Assembly (NCBI GenBank): GCA_964629015.1
Contig: CAZVMN010000007.1
Location: 86,590-150,589 of the forward strand
Direction: 5' to 3'
Length of the DNA: 64,000 nucleotides
DNA from: an uncultured Oceanococcus sp.
Lineage (GTDB): Bacteria > Pseudomonadota > Gammaproteobacteria > Nevskiales > Oceanococcaceae
Part shown: positions 19,330 to 29,320 of the stretch, in pieces
Layout: each line of letters begins with the position of its first letter
Position numbering within the stretch: position 1 is the stretch's first letter
Made by a program: the position numbers and the translations under genes
Notes under the pieces: model-generated
The model's database searches: none
What the model saw: only the letters and a program-made list of their open reading frames with translations
What the model was told of the DNA's origin: nothing

Positions 19330-19757
19330 AGCGCTGGGTCACCTTGCTGCTGGTCCTATTGAGTCTTCCCGCTCAGGCCGAGCAGATCATCGAGTCAGGC
19401 CCGTATCGCCTGCACTACATGGCGATGGTGACGTATGAGCTACCACCTCAAGTTGCCGAGGTGTACGGCATCACACGCAGCCGCAAACAGGGCATTGCCG
19501 TACTCAATCTGCAACATGTGGATCAACCGCAGGTCAGCGTGGCCTCGACCGTCACCGGGCGGATTCGCAACCTGATTGGCCAGGAACGCCTCGACGATCT
19601 GCGCGAGGTCCGCGAGCAGGATGCGATCTACTGGATTGCGACCTTTGATTTTTCCAATCTGGAAACCATGCGCTTTGATTTCCAGATTGATCCGGAAGGT
19701 CCGCACGGCCCGTTCCCGCTGCATTTCTCGCAACAGTTTTACCGCCCGGCACCTTAA
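19326..19757 (+). CDS. DUF4426-like periplasmic protein
   Basis: Signal peptide. Occupies the position after metW that a DUF4426 protein holds in pseudomonads. Confidence 0.6.
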   Translation: MKRWVTLLLVLLSLPAQAEQIIESGPYRLHYMAMVTYELPPQVAEVYGITRSRKQGIAVLNLQHVDQPQVSVASTVTGRIRNLIGQERLDDLREVREQDAIYWIATFDFSNLETMRFDFQIDPEGPHGPFPLHFSQQFYRPAP

Positions 19758-19773
19758 CGCACAGCGCGTTGCA

Positions 19774-20217
19774 CTACTCTCCGGTGACTTTCAGCTTGGC
19801 CTGAATGAACTCGGCGTGGGACAAGAACAGAAGATCAGCAATCCGGCGCATCATGTGTTCTTCATGCGCATCCAGTCGCCCATCCGCCCAGGCCACCGAC
19901 CACAGCGCCTCAAGCAAATGCAGTTTTTCCGTGCGCGAACAGTTGTGATTCACCGCGCTGACAAAAGGCTGCATGGAGGTGCTGTTGGCTTGCGCCTGCT
20001 CCGCGCGCGCGATCAAGTCACTCGCCGCCGCATGATCCAACGCAAACACCTCACGCACGCCCTGCTCAACTTTAGCCCGTTCACTGTCGGCCAGTTGCTG
20101 ATCCGCCTGGGCAATCTCGACTAGCAACACCGTCGCTGCCAACTGCGCGTCGACAGCGCCAGCGTGCGATGACGGGGCACTCACAAATGCCCGCTCAAAC
20201 AGTTTTTTCAGACTCAT
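19774..20217 (-). CDS. TerB-family (tellurite-resistance-like) protein
   Basis: 147 aa helical protein with LLEALWSVAWADGRLDAHEEHMMRRIADLL, typical of TerB/DjlA-N type domains. Confidence 0.62.
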   Translation of the reverse strand: MSLKKLFERAFVSAPSSHAGAVDAQLAATVLLVEIAQADQQLADSERAKVEQGVREVFALDHAAASDLIARAEQAQANSTSMQPFVSAVNHNCSRTEKLHLLEALWSVAWADGRLDAHEEHMMRRIADLLFLSHAEFIQAKLKVTGE

Positions 20218-20895
20218 TCAGACTCCGTCTGTGGCCAGCTGCGTTTGGAGCCAGGTTTCGACCAGATCACGCAGCTGAGTCAGCTCGCCGTGGAAAAAAT
20301 GTCCGACACCGGCAATGGTGTGAAATTCCGGCGGTTGCGCCATCTGCATCGCGCGCGTGCGCGTCTCCTCATACGACACCACGTCATCGGCGTCGCCATG
20401 AATCACCAGCCAATTGCAATGCGGTTGCGGCACATCGGCGTCACCGGCATAGACCAGCGGTGGTGCGATTGCGACCAATCCGCTCAGATCCTCGGTCTGC
20501 GCGGCGACTTTGATCGCCATATAGGAGCCAAAAGAAAACCCCATGAGCAAGGCCGGACATTGCGGCCAAATCCGGCGCAGCTCAGCAAGTAGAAACGCGG
20601 TGTCCTCGGCTTCACCGACGCCTTTGTCATGAGGACCATCACTGGAACCGACCCCACGAAACTGAAAGCGTAAAGCTACGACGCCACAACTTTGCGCACT
20701 GCGTGCCAGCGAATACACCACTTTGTTGTCCATGGTGCCCTGGAACAGCGGGTGCGGGTGACAAATCACCGCCACCGCGCGCGGCTCGTCAGCGGGCATG
20801 TCGAGACGATATTCCAATCCTCCCGCCGGCCCCTGGATCACACCGCGACGACTCTCGCCCGGCTCAAGTTTCGGCAGGTACTGGTCCATCGTCAC
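20218..20895 (-). CDS. alpha/beta hydrolase
   Basis: GFSFGS nucleophile elbow and a late HGDADDVV...GHFFHG motif. About 225 aa. Confidence 0.7.
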   Translation of the reverse strand: MTMDQYLPKLEPGESRRGVIQGPAGGLEYRLDMPADEPRAVAVICHPHPLFQGTMDNKVVYSLARSAQSCGVVALRFQFRGVGSSDGPHDKGVGEAEDTAFLLAELRRIWPQCPALLMGFSFGSYMAIKVAAQTEDLSGLVAIAPPLVYAGDADVPQPHCNWLVIHGDADDVVSYEETRTRAMQMAQPPEFHTIAGVGHFFHGELTQLRDLVETWLQTQLATDGV

Positions 20896-22735
20896 TCGGG
20901 TCCTTGTCCGTTTTGGCCGTCTTTTTGGCCGCAGGCGGTTTGATCGGTTTGCTGTCCGGCGGGGCGTAGTACACCACGGTGTCGCCGGCTTGCGGGCGAA
21001 TCGGGTTCAACGGCGCATGGAACGTCATGCGCCGGCCATCCTTGACCGCACCAATCGGAATGGATTCTCCACTCACGTCGGCCAGGAAGGTTTCCCAATC
21101 GTAGGTGCTGGTGATGCGCGTTTTGCTGAAATTCCAGCCCTGGAAATGACGCCGCCACAACTCTTCGTATTGCGAGTCTTCCGAAAACGCCATGATGCCG
21201 GTCAATGGCTTGGCCACCTTGCGGCGTTTGTGTGACTCCTCCGCCGCATACATCGGCAGCTGGAACACCCGGTCTGGCCCGAGCTCCTGGGCGAAATGAC
21301 GACATACCAAAGCGTTGTAGGCGTCATTGCTGGTCGCAGCCAGCAAGCAATTCACACTGCCCAACTCCAAGCCCTGCTGAAGCTCTTCCGAGAGAATTTC
21401 TCCGTACTGCACCGGGATGCCATTGAGGCGCGCCTCGCGCAGGCGGTGCCAGGAGCTGTCGACCAGAATGATGTTGCTGCCCAGATCATTCTTGATGGTC
21501 TGGGCCAGCGCGGTTGTCCAGGGCGAGGCGCCGACGATCACCACTGTATTCGGGGTCACGGTCAGATCCAGACGCCGCGCCAGCCAGCCGATGGAAAACC
21601 CATGGCTGATCACGGTGGCGAAGACCAAAGCAAACATCAGTGGCGCCAGCAAAGCGCCGTCTTCATAACCTGCGGCAACCAGATCCGGCCCGAACACCCC
21701 GGCCACCGCCGTGGCGACGATCCCGCGTGGCGCAATCCACGCCACCAGAATGCGCTCTGACCAACGCATGTCGGTCCAAATCGTCGCGATCAGCACGGCT
21801 GCCGGGCGCACGATGAACATCAGGGCCAGGATCAGCGCCACCGCATGCCAGTCCAGGATGTTGAGGATGTCGCGGTCGATATCGGCACTGAGCATGACAA
21901 ACACTGAGGAGACCAACATCAGGGTGATGTACTCCTTGAATCGGCGCATCTCCCCCATGCTCGGCAAGTCCATATTGCCCATCCACAGCCCCATCACGGT
22001 GACGGCCAGCAAGCCGGCCTCATGCTGCATGTGATTGGACAAGGTATAGACCACCAGCACAGTGGCCAGTGTGCAAGGTGCTTTCAGGTACTCAGGAATC
22101 ATGCCGTTGTTGAAAGCCCGACCAAGCAGCCACGCCGCGCCGCCTCCCAGGCCAATACCGGAGCCCAACGCAATCAGCAGACCGGATAGCAGACCACCAT
22201 GGCCGGATTGATCACTGAGCACGAAGACCTGGAAGATCAAAACCGCTGCCAACGCCCCGATGGGGTCGTTGATGATGCCTTCCCATTTGAGATAGGAGGC
22301 GGTGCGACGATTGAGATGCGACTGACGCAACATCGGCATGATCACAGTCGGCCCGGTCACCACGATGATCGCGCCGAACACCATGGCCACCGGCAGTTCC
22401 AGACCACCGACCCAATGCGCGGCAATCGAGCCGAGAACGAAACTCAAAGCCGCAGCGACGGTGACCAGACGCTTGACCCCGGAGGCGGAACTGGACAGTT
22501 CGTGCCAGTGCAGATTCAAGCCGCCCTCAAACAGAATCACCGCCACACACAGCGAAACCACCGGTCGGAATACATCGCCGAGCACCAGCGATGGGTTCAC
22601 CACGCCAGCAATCGGGCCAATGATCAAACCGACGGCGGCGAACAACACGATCGCCGGGATGTGCGCGCGCCAAGCCAACCACTGGGCCAGAACGCCCAGC
22701 GAGAAGATCAGGACAATAACTTCTGCGATATTCAT
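20864..22735 (-). CDS. CPA1-type cation:proton (Na+/H+) antiporter with cytoplasmic C-terminal domain
   Basis: About 12 TM segments with Na_H_exchanger-like motifs, then a soluble C-terminal region of about 200 aa with a Lys/Pro-rich tail. Confidence 0.82.
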   Translation of the reverse strand: MNIAEVIVLIFSLGVLAQWLAWRAHIPAIVLFAAVGLIIGPIAGVVNPSLVLGDVFRPVVSLCVAVILFEGGLNLHWHELSSSASGVKRLVTVAAALSFVLGSIAAHWVGGLELPVAMVFGAIIVVTGPTVIMPMLRQSHLNRRTASYLKWEGIINDPIGALAAVLIFQVFVLSDQSGHGGLLSGLLIALGSGIGLGGGAAWLLGRAFNNGMIPEYLKAPCTLATVLVVYTLSNHMQHEAGLLAVTVMGLWMGNMDLPSMGEMRRFKEYITLMLVSSVFVMLSADIDRDILNILDWHAVALILALMFIVRPAAVLIATIWTDMRWSERILVAWIAPRGIVATAVAGVFGPDLVAAGYEDGALLAPLMFALVFATVISHGFSIGWLARRLDLTVTPNTVVIVGASPWTTALAQTIKNDLGSNIILVDSSWHRLREARLNGIPVQYGEILSEELQQGLELGSVNCLLAATSNDAYNALVCRHFAQELGPDRVFQLPMYAAEESHKRRKVAKPLTGIMAFSEDSQYEELWRRHFQGWNFSKTRITSTYDWETFLADVSGESIPIGAVKDGRRMTFHAPLNPIRPQAGDTVVYYAPPDSKPIKPPAAKKTAKTDKDPSDDGPVPAET

Positions 22736-22744
22736 GAACGCTCT

Positions 22745-23407
22745 TTACCAGCTGCTGGTGCGACGCGGGCGCAGCAAGGGAATGATCAACCCGATCAATA
22801 ACCCGGCGAGCAAGATCCCTGCGCCGAGCAACATATTGGAACGGCGCAGTTCGCGGCTATTGAGATCGTCGCGCAGCGCCTCACCCTGAACCTGAGCATC
22901 ACCCAGCGCTTGCTCCAGGTCAGTATTGCGCTGCTGAATTTCCAAAGTGCTGGCCGCCGCCGTGGAGACCTCATTCAATTGCTGGCGCAGTGTTTGGGCT
23001 TCGCTCTGCAGTTGCTCATGCGCCTCCAACAACGCAGCATGTTCGCTGCGCAAGGCTTCCAGGCCTTGCTCAGCTTGTTCGCGCGCTTGAATCGCGCTGT
23101 CACGTTGCGCCTGCAGGGTTTCGAGTTGATCACGCGCAACCGGTTCATCCTGGACGAACCGCGCCAGCACCCAGCCCTCTTTGCCACGCGGCGTGCGAAC
23201 TTTGTAATACCCCGGCTCCTCACCCAACACTTCCAGGCGCTCACCACTGTGGGCGGCGCCGATAATGCCGTGACCGGTACCGACTCCAGAGCGAACATTG
23301 ATCGGTAGTTGATCGGACACCACAACGGTCTTGGCCGCGAAGGCCAGGCCGGGAAGGCTCAACAGGATCAATACAGGCTGGAGTGTTTTGAAAAATGCTC
23401 TGGACAT
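22745..23407 (-). CDS. SH3-domain membrane-anchored protein (TIGR04211/YgiM-like)
   Basis: Signal peptide, bacterial SH3 (GYYKVRTPRGKEGWV), long coiled coil, C-terminal TM anchor. Confidence 0.7.
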   Translation of the reverse strand: MSRAFFKTLQPVLILLSLPGLAFAAKTVVVSDQLPINVRSGVGTGHGIIGAAHSGERLEVLGEEPGYYKVRTPRGKEGWVLARFVQDEPVARDQLETLQAQRDSAIQAREQAEQGLEALRSEHAALLEAHEQLQSEAQTLRQQLNEVSTAAASTLEIQQRNTDLEQALGDAQVQGEALRDDLNSRELRRSNMLLGAGILLAGLLIGLIIPLLRPRRTSSW

Positions 23408-23521
23408 AAATCCTTGGAACAGGCGTGACGACCACGCCAGCCGGCACTAAACTGCCTGACCAACGCATGCGGCGGCGGCAACGCCGCCATCAACTCACTA
23501 CTTTACTGCTTTCGAATCCAA

Positions 23522-24331
23522 GTGTCCGCTGCCCAGCCCCGCCTGACCGACATTGGTGCCAATTTGCACCACGACAGTTTCGACCATGACCGCGACGACG
23601 TTCTGCAGCGCGCTGCCGACGCTGGCGTCACCACCATCATCGTGACCGGCAGCTGCCTCGACAGCGCCATCGGCGCCGCAGAAATGAGCGGTTTGCGCTG
23701 CGGTGTTGAGCTGTTCGCGACAGCCGGGCTGCATCCGCATCACGCCAGCGATTGGAATACCGAGATGGCGTCGTGCTTTCGTGACCTTGCGCAACATCCC
23801 AGAGTGGTTTCATTGGGGGAATGTGGGCTCGACTACCACCGCAATTTCTCACCAGCCGACGATCAAAAACGCGCCTTTGCTGCCCAGTTGGATCTCGCCA
23901 TAGAAACAGCCATGCCGGTGTTTCTGCATCAGCGCGATGCCCATCGTGATTTTCTGGACATCCTCAAACCACGGCTGGGTGAGCTTGCTGGCGTTGTTGT
24001 GCATTGTTTCACCGGCAGCGCTGATGAGCTGGCTGACTATGTTGCACTGGACGTCTACGTCGGTATCACCGGCTGGATTTGCGATGAACGCCGCGGCGCA
24101 CACCTGCTGGATTGTGTCGGGCACATCCCGGATAACCGCCTGTTGATCGAAACCGACGCGCCCTATCTGCTGCCACGTAGCCTGCGCCCGCGACCGAAAA
24201 CGCGGCGCAACGAACCGGTGCACCTCCCAGAGGTGGCCAGCACCGTCGCCCAAGCACGCGGCCAAACCGCGGATCATGTGGCAAGGATCACTCGCGACAA
24301 CGCCACTCGCCTGTTCGGTCTGCCCACATGA
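23522..24331 (+). CDS. tatD: TatD-family metal-dependent hydrolase/DNase
   Basis: DIGANLHH, GECGLDYH, FLHQRDAH and ETDAPYLLP motifs of the TatD family. Confidence 0.88.
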   Translation: MSAAQPRLTDIGANLHHDSFDHDRDDVLQRAADAGVTTIIVTGSCLDSAIGAAEMSGLRCGVELFATAGLHPHHASDWNTEMASCFRDLAQHPRVVSLGECGLDYHRNFSPADDQKRAFAAQLDLAIETAMPVFLHQRDAHRDFLDILKPRLGELAGVVVHCFTGSADELADYVALDVYVGITGWICDERRGAHLLDCVGHIPDNRLLIETDAPYLLPRSLRPRPKTRRNEPVHLPEVASTVAQARGQTADHVARITRDNATRLFGLPT

Positions 24332-24822
24332 AACTCGCTCGGATTGCGATTTTTGTCCTGCTCTGTTCTCCCGCCTGGGCTCAGATGGATCACTCGCATA
24401 TGCCCTTGGAGGTTCCGGACGATGTGCCCGCGCCTGCACTGGATCTGCAACTCACCGCCGATGTGATGAGCGGCTACAACCTACATCTGAACACCCGCAA
24501 CTTTGTGCTGGAACCACCGCCTCAGCAGATGAACATGCGCCAGATGATGAGCGCATCACGTGATGCGCAAAGCGGCGTCCTCAGCGGACATGCTCATCTG
24601 TACGTCAACGGCCGCAAGATTCAACGCCTGTACGCCGCAGATGTACACCTGCCCGGCCATCTGTTTGACGACGGAGTCAATCAGATCACCGTAACCTTGA
24701 ACAACCATGGGCATATGGATCTGGTCCAAGACGACCGGCAGATTCTTGCCAGCCTGTTCGTGGACCCCAGCGCCTCACCTGCGGTGGTGCATCGCTTTGC
24801 CTCGCACCCACCAAGCGACTGA
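24328..24822 (+). CDS. hypothetical periplasmic His/Met-rich protein
   Basis: Signal peptide (IFVLLCSPAWA), then QMDHSHMP. Later motifs are SGHAHLYVNG and NNHGHM. ATGA overlap with tatD. No family recognised with confidence. Confidence 0.4.
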   Translation: MKLARIAIFVLLCSPAWAQMDHSHMPLEVPDDVPAPALDLQLTADVMSGYNLHLNTRNFVLEPPPQQMNMRQMMSASRDAQSGVLSGHAHLYVNGRKIQRLYAADVHLPGHLFDDGVNQITVTLNNHGHMDLVQDDRQILASLFVDPSASPAVVHRFASHPPSD

Positions 24823-25758
24823 TCAGCTCAAGCTGTAACCAAATTCCTGCGCAAAACGCGCAGCAAAAGTGTCCGGCGTGAAACTGTGGTTCTGCGTTCC
24901 GGATTGTTCAATCTTGATCGAGCCGCACAGCGCGGCGATGCGCGCCGTGGTTTGCCAGTCCATGCCTTGCTGCAACCCGTAAATCAGGCCGCCACGATAA
25001 GCATCACCGCAGCCCGTCGGATCGCTCAGTTGCGCGGCTTTCACAGTTGGAATCTCCAACAGCTTGCCGCCACTGTAGATGCGCGAACCCTCGGCACCAC
25101 GCGTCACGATCAGGGCATCCACGCGTTGGGCCACCTGCTCGGGAGTGAGGCCGGTGCGTTCGCACAGCATGCCGCACTCATAGTCATTCACCGCCACATA
25201 GGTGGCTTGGTCGATGAAGGTGTTGAGGTCGTTGCCGTCAAACATCGGCATGCCCTGACCGGGATCGAAGATGAACGGAATGCCCGCATCGGCAAACTGC
25301 TGGGCGTGCTGGATCATGCCATCGCGACCATCCGGCGAGACCATACCCAGCGTCACGCCCTGATCGGTCGGCACCACCTGCTGATGCGCCTCGCTCATCG
25401 CGCCAGGATGAAACGCAGTGATCTGATTGTCGTCACGATCGGTGACGATGTAGGCCTGCGCGGTGAAAGTGCCTTCCACGCTTTTGACGTGGCGATCATC
25501 AATGCCCAGCGAATTCAGACGCTGCCGGTAGGGGGCAAAATCCTCGCCCACGGTGCCCATAGGCAAGGCAGAACCACCGAGCATATCCAGGGTGTAGGCG
25601 ACGTTGCCAGCACAGCCGCCAAACTCCTTGCGCAACTGCGGCACCAGAAACGACACATTCAAAATGTGCACCTTGTCGGGCAGGATCTCGTCGGCGAAGC
25701 GGCCCTGAAAGACCATGATGTTGTCGTAGGCGAAGGATCCACAAATCAGTGCAGTCAT
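24823..25758 (-). CDS. PfkB-family carbohydrate/nucleoside kinase (adenosine-kinase-like)
   Basis: GGCAGNVAY N-terminal motif and DPTGCGDAYRGG C-terminal PfkB signature. Confidence 0.85.
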   Translation of the reverse strand: MTALICGSFAYDNIMVFQGRFADEILPDKVHILNVSFLVPQLRKEFGGCAGNVAYTLDMLGGSALPMGTVGEDFAPYRQRLNSLGIDDRHVKSVEGTFTAQAYIVTDRDDNQITAFHPGAMSEAHQQVVPTDQGVTLGMVSPDGRDGMIQHAQQFADAGIPFIFDPGQGMPMFDGNDLNTFIDQATYVAVNDYECGMLCERTGLTPEQVAQRVDALIVTRGAEGSRIYSGGKLLEIPTVKAAQLSDPTGCGDAYRGGLIYGLQQGMDWQTTARIAALCGSIKIEQSGTQNHSFTPDTFAARFAQEFGYSLS

Positions 25759-25846
25759 GCGTAAGTTTTACTGTTGTCAGTGAAAGGAAGGCGGCTGCGC
25801 CGCGGCGGCAGCCTGCCATCATAAGCGATCAACGCGTGGCGCAGAC

Positions 25847-28834
25847 TCATCCAAATGGTGCGTTCTGCGCGCGCGTAGGCGGCACATCGGGCAGGCCCGC
25901 ATCAGGGCGCCAATGTTTAAGAAACGGCAGGACACCGCCGGAACCACAGGTGTTGGCATCTGCGTCAGCGTAATCGGCGATGACATCATCAACCCAGCGC
26001 ATCAGCAGTTCCACCGCTTCACTGTGGGCCACGGACCGGGCCAGCGGCGGCATTGCCGCGCCGAACTCGGTGGTCGCCACGCGCAGCGGCAGTATGGACT
26101 GTCCCGCATTGCCGGGCTCGATATCGTAGTTGCCGAAATCCGCGGCCTTGCCGGCGGCCACCGGGGGTTTACAAATGCCCTGGCGCTGCCCCATCGGTTC
26201 GGTGAAGGAATCCAACACCAACGCTGAGTTCTGCGCGTTGCCGCCCGGGTTGTGGCAGTGGTAGCAGTTCACTTCCAGGTAGGCGCGCGCACGCTTGTGG
26301 AGGTCCTCCGGGGAATCCGGCACCGCCCCGCTGCCGCCAGGTACATCCCATTTGGGCAAACGCTCCAACTCGGCCGGCGCGGCCGGCAACTCCAACAGAC
26401 CGCGTGATTGCATGTAGGCCAGCTGGTTCATCGGTCCGACATCCGGGTAATCGAACACGCGATTCAAATTGCGAATCTTGGGCCCGATCGGTGGCGCGCC
26501 GGCCTCCAGATCATCGCCACCGTGGCACAGCAGGCAGGAGCCCGCATCCGGCACGGCGTAGCGCTCGCTGCTGCCCTGGTAGTGGCGCACCGTGCCCGTG
26601 CCATCGACAACCTCCGGATCGGGATCGGTGTAATCCCAACGCACGGGAACCGCTGCGCCTTCGATACGTAGCCGTGCCCGGCGTAAACCACTGTTCTCAT
26701 CGGTTTCCCACTGGTACGGCAAACCAACCCAGTAGACGGAGCCATCCACATGACGTCGCTTGATCAGCAAGCGGGTCTCAACCACGTTCTCGTCATCACC
26801 GTCCCGAAACGCGAAGGTCTTGCTCAACACGGTGCCGACCGGAAATTTGAGCGCGGCGGTGTAGCAGTCGTATATGTTCAGCGTGTCGCAGTTCTGCGAA
26901 TCCTGAAATTGCGCTTTCTGAACCGTGCCACCTGGACCGGGCGGCAGAAACAAGAAGCGATATTTCAGGGCGTAATCGGAGAACAGGATGGCGTTCAAAT
27001 CGAATGGAACACCCGGGGCCGAGGGTAGAACGCGCGGATCCTGCGTATCCTGGAACAGCCCATAGTCGGACAAATCAGGGCAGTTGTAGGCCAACACCGC
27101 ATCCATATTCACGGCGCCCGGTTGGCCCTGCCCGCAAACCGCATCAAGCGCAGCCTGACTGGGGCGTGGATCGGCGGATGGGTCCGGCGTAAAACCCGGC
27201 AGCACAGGCACGAACGACGGCAGCAAAGACGCCTCCACCACCGGGCAATCGCTGGGAATCGCATTGTCGGCCGGGACCAGATTGGCCGGGTCAAACGGGT
27301 CCACGGTGGAAAAATGCACGTTGGCGAAATCGCTGACTAGCGGATTCTGCGGATTCTCGTAGCTGTTGTTTTCGATGCACAAGCCATTGGCCGGCTTGTT
27401 CAGCTCGCCCTGCTCATCAAATTTCCACGCATTCCACTTACACGCCGGGATCGGATCGAACTGATAAAAATTGGGCCGACCACGCTCATCGGTGCGCGGC
27501 TCCGGACGCCCAATGTCATTCGGATTGGGTTGGTTCAGCGCGATGCCGTCGCGATCAACCGGCACTTGATCGCAATCGTTGGGCTCATCAACCCCACCAT
27601 CCCAAATGATGTGCGCACTGCGCCCGAGGTTTTTCACCTGCAAAATCAACGGCAATACCGTTGCATTGTCGAGCAGACATTCGGGATTTTCCTGCAAGCC
27701 CGGCAGCCCCAGAATCGGCAGCGCCGGATTGCCCGCACAACCGCTGCGCTCCAGATCCGGCAGGGCCGGCGCATAGCCATTGTTGCGGAAGCTGTTGTTG
27801 TAAATGTGCAGACCTTCGGGGAAGAAATCGTAGTTGGTCGCCGGCTCGTTGATGTCAGCCAGACCGTAATTCACGATCGCCACACCCACGGTCTTGTTGT
27901 CGTAGATCTCGTTGTCGTAAATCTCAACCTGATCCGCTGCCGCAATCAACATGCCGGTGCCTGAGGGAATCACCGCCACAATCGCACCACGCGGAGCAAA
28001 CTGCGGAATATTGTTGTTGTAGGTTTTGTTGCGGTGGACCAGGTTTTTCTCACCAAACTGCACGCGCCCGGGCAGATCGAAGACCAGAAAACCGCCCACA
28101 TTGTCGTGCGCAATGTTGTCGACAAACTCGGCGCGGTAGGTGTTCTCAAACTCGAAACCCGCCACGTTATGAAACGCTTCGGTGCGACGCACGATGATGT
28201 CGCTGGACTGGCCCACGTAGACCCCGGCATCGGACGACCCGACGGACACGCAGTCTTCGATCAAAATGTGGCGGGACACCACCGGGTAAAACGCATAGGC
28301 CCCATTGCCGCTCCACGAATTCATTGAGGCATCGAAGTTTGAAGATGCGGGGTCGGCATTCGACCAGCCGATCTTGACCCGCCGAAACACCACATGCTCA
28401 GAGCGGAACACGCGCACACCGTTGCCCTGCGCGTCGTACACGGTCAGGTCTTTAATAGTGAAGCCGGTGGTTTGATTGACGTTAATGCCGTCCTGCGCGG
28501 GACTGTTGGCGAACGACAGTATGGTCTCGTCCATCCCCGCGCCGCGCACCGTGATGCCGCGTTTGCCGGTCATGGTCAGGCCGGTGGTGAAATCAAACTC
28601 GCCGGCGCAGAACTCGATCACATCGCCTTCGCGTGCTTCGAAAAAGGCGATCAGCGCTTCGCTCTGCGCTTGTGGCCCGGGACAGATGCGAAACGTGGTG
28701 ATCTCGCCCGGTGCCGTGACATCCGGTGCGCTCGGCACCGGCGCGGCATCACGGCCGCCCTGACACGCGGAAAACACCCCCACAACCAAAAGTCCAACAA
28801 TGATGCGATGCATGACGACCTCCCCAAGCGACAT
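25847..28834 (-). CDS. lipoprotein fusing an N-terminal parallel beta-helix repeat module to a C-terminal dihaem c-type cytochrome module (SO_2930/HNE_0200-like)
   Basis: Lipobox VFSAC. Beta-helix repeats carry NGxxVF, VGxSxDAGxYVGQS and HNVAGFEFEN type turns. The C-terminal half has LSDYGLF and FDLNAILFSDYALKYRF, plus two CxxCH haem sites (CLLCH, CYHCH). The start may be the internal Met at about 28813. Confidence 0.68.
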   Translation of the reverse strand: MSLGEVVMHRIIVGLLVVGVFSACQGGRDAAPVPSAPDVTAPGEITTFRICPGPQAQSEALIAFFEAREGDVIEFCAGEFDFTTGLTMTGKRGITVRGAGMDETILSFANSPAQDGINVNQTTGFTIKDLTVYDAQGNGVRVFRSEHVVFRRVKIGWSNADPASSNFDASMNSWSGNGAYAFYPVVSRHILIEDCVSVGSSDAGVYVGQSSDIIVRRTEAFHNVAGFEFENTYRAEFVDNIAHDNVGGFLVFDLPGRVQFGEKNLVHRNKTYNNNIPQFAPRGAIVAVIPSGTGMLIAAADQVEIYDNEIYDNKTVGVAIVNYGLADINEPATNYDFFPEGLHIYNNSFRNNGYAPALPDLERSGCAGNPALPILGLPGLQENPECLLDNATVLPLILQVKNLGRSAHIIWDGGVDEPNDCDQVPVDRDGIALNQPNPNDIGRPEPRTDERGRPNFYQFDPIPACKWNAWKFDEQGELNKPANGLCIENNSYENPQNPLVSDFANVHFSTVDPFDPANLVPADNAIPSDCPVVEASLLPSFVPVLPGFTPDPSADPRPSQAALDAVCGQGQPGAVNMDAVLAYNCPDLSDYGLFQDTQDPRVLPSAPGVPFDLNAILFSDYALKYRFLFLPPGPGGTVQKAQFQDSQNCDTLNIYDCYTAALKFPVGTVLSKTFAFRDGDDENVVETRLLIKRRHVDGSVYWVGLPYQWETDENSGLRRARLRIEGAAVPVRWDYTDPDPEVVDGTGTVRHYQGSSERYAVPDAGSCLLCHGGDDLEAGAPPIGPKIRNLNRVFDYPDVGPMNQLAYMQSRGLLELPAAPAELERLPKWDVPGGSGAVPDSPEDLHKRARAYLEVNCYHCHNPGGNAQNSALVLDSFTEPMGQRQGICKPPVAAGKAADFGNYDIEPGNAGQSILPLRVATTEFGAAMPPLARSVAHSEAVELLMRWVDDVIADYADADANTCGSGGVLPFLKHWRPDAGLPDVPPTRAQNAPFG

Positions 28835-28890
28835 GACCCCACAGCAGTGTAGCGAAACACTGGACGTCGCACGCGAAACCGGCGAATCTC

Positions 28891-29313
28891 ATGCGCCCTG
28901 TTCAATTTCGCATCATGATTATCCGCCTGAACAAAGCCCCGGAAGGGGTCTACCGCCAGCACATCCACATCGACGAACACAGCGTTTTTAGCGATGTCAG
29001 CCGTGAACTGGGCGGTGACGGTTCCGCGCCAGACCCGCACGATCTGTTCGACGCTTCCTTAGCTGCCTGTAAGGCCATCACGGTGATGATGGTGGCGCGA
29101 CGGCGCAAGCTCGCGCTGGACAGCATCGATGTGGTGGTGACCCGCGATGCCAGCGAGGAAGCCAAAGGACGCTATGGCCTGGATGTGGCCATGACCTTCA
29201 ACGGCGATCTGGACGAAGCCGCCCGCACCAAGCTGCTGGAGATCTCCGACAAGTGTCCGATCCACAAACTGATGACTCACGCGGATATCAAGGTCGATAC
29301 CCACCTGGCCTGA
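28891..29313 (+). CDS. OsmC/Ohr family peroxiredoxin-like protein
   Basis: PDPHDLFDASLAACKAI and CPIHKLM carry the two conserved Cys of the OsmC family. Confidence 0.85.
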   Translation: MRPVQFRIMIIRLNKAPEGVYRQHIHIDEHSVFSDVSRELGGDGSAPDPHDLFDASLAACKAITVMMVARRRKLALDSIDVVVTRDASEEAKGRYGLDVAMTFNGDLDEAARTKLLEISDKCPIHKLMTHADIKVDTHLA

Positions 29314-29320
29314 AATCGTC

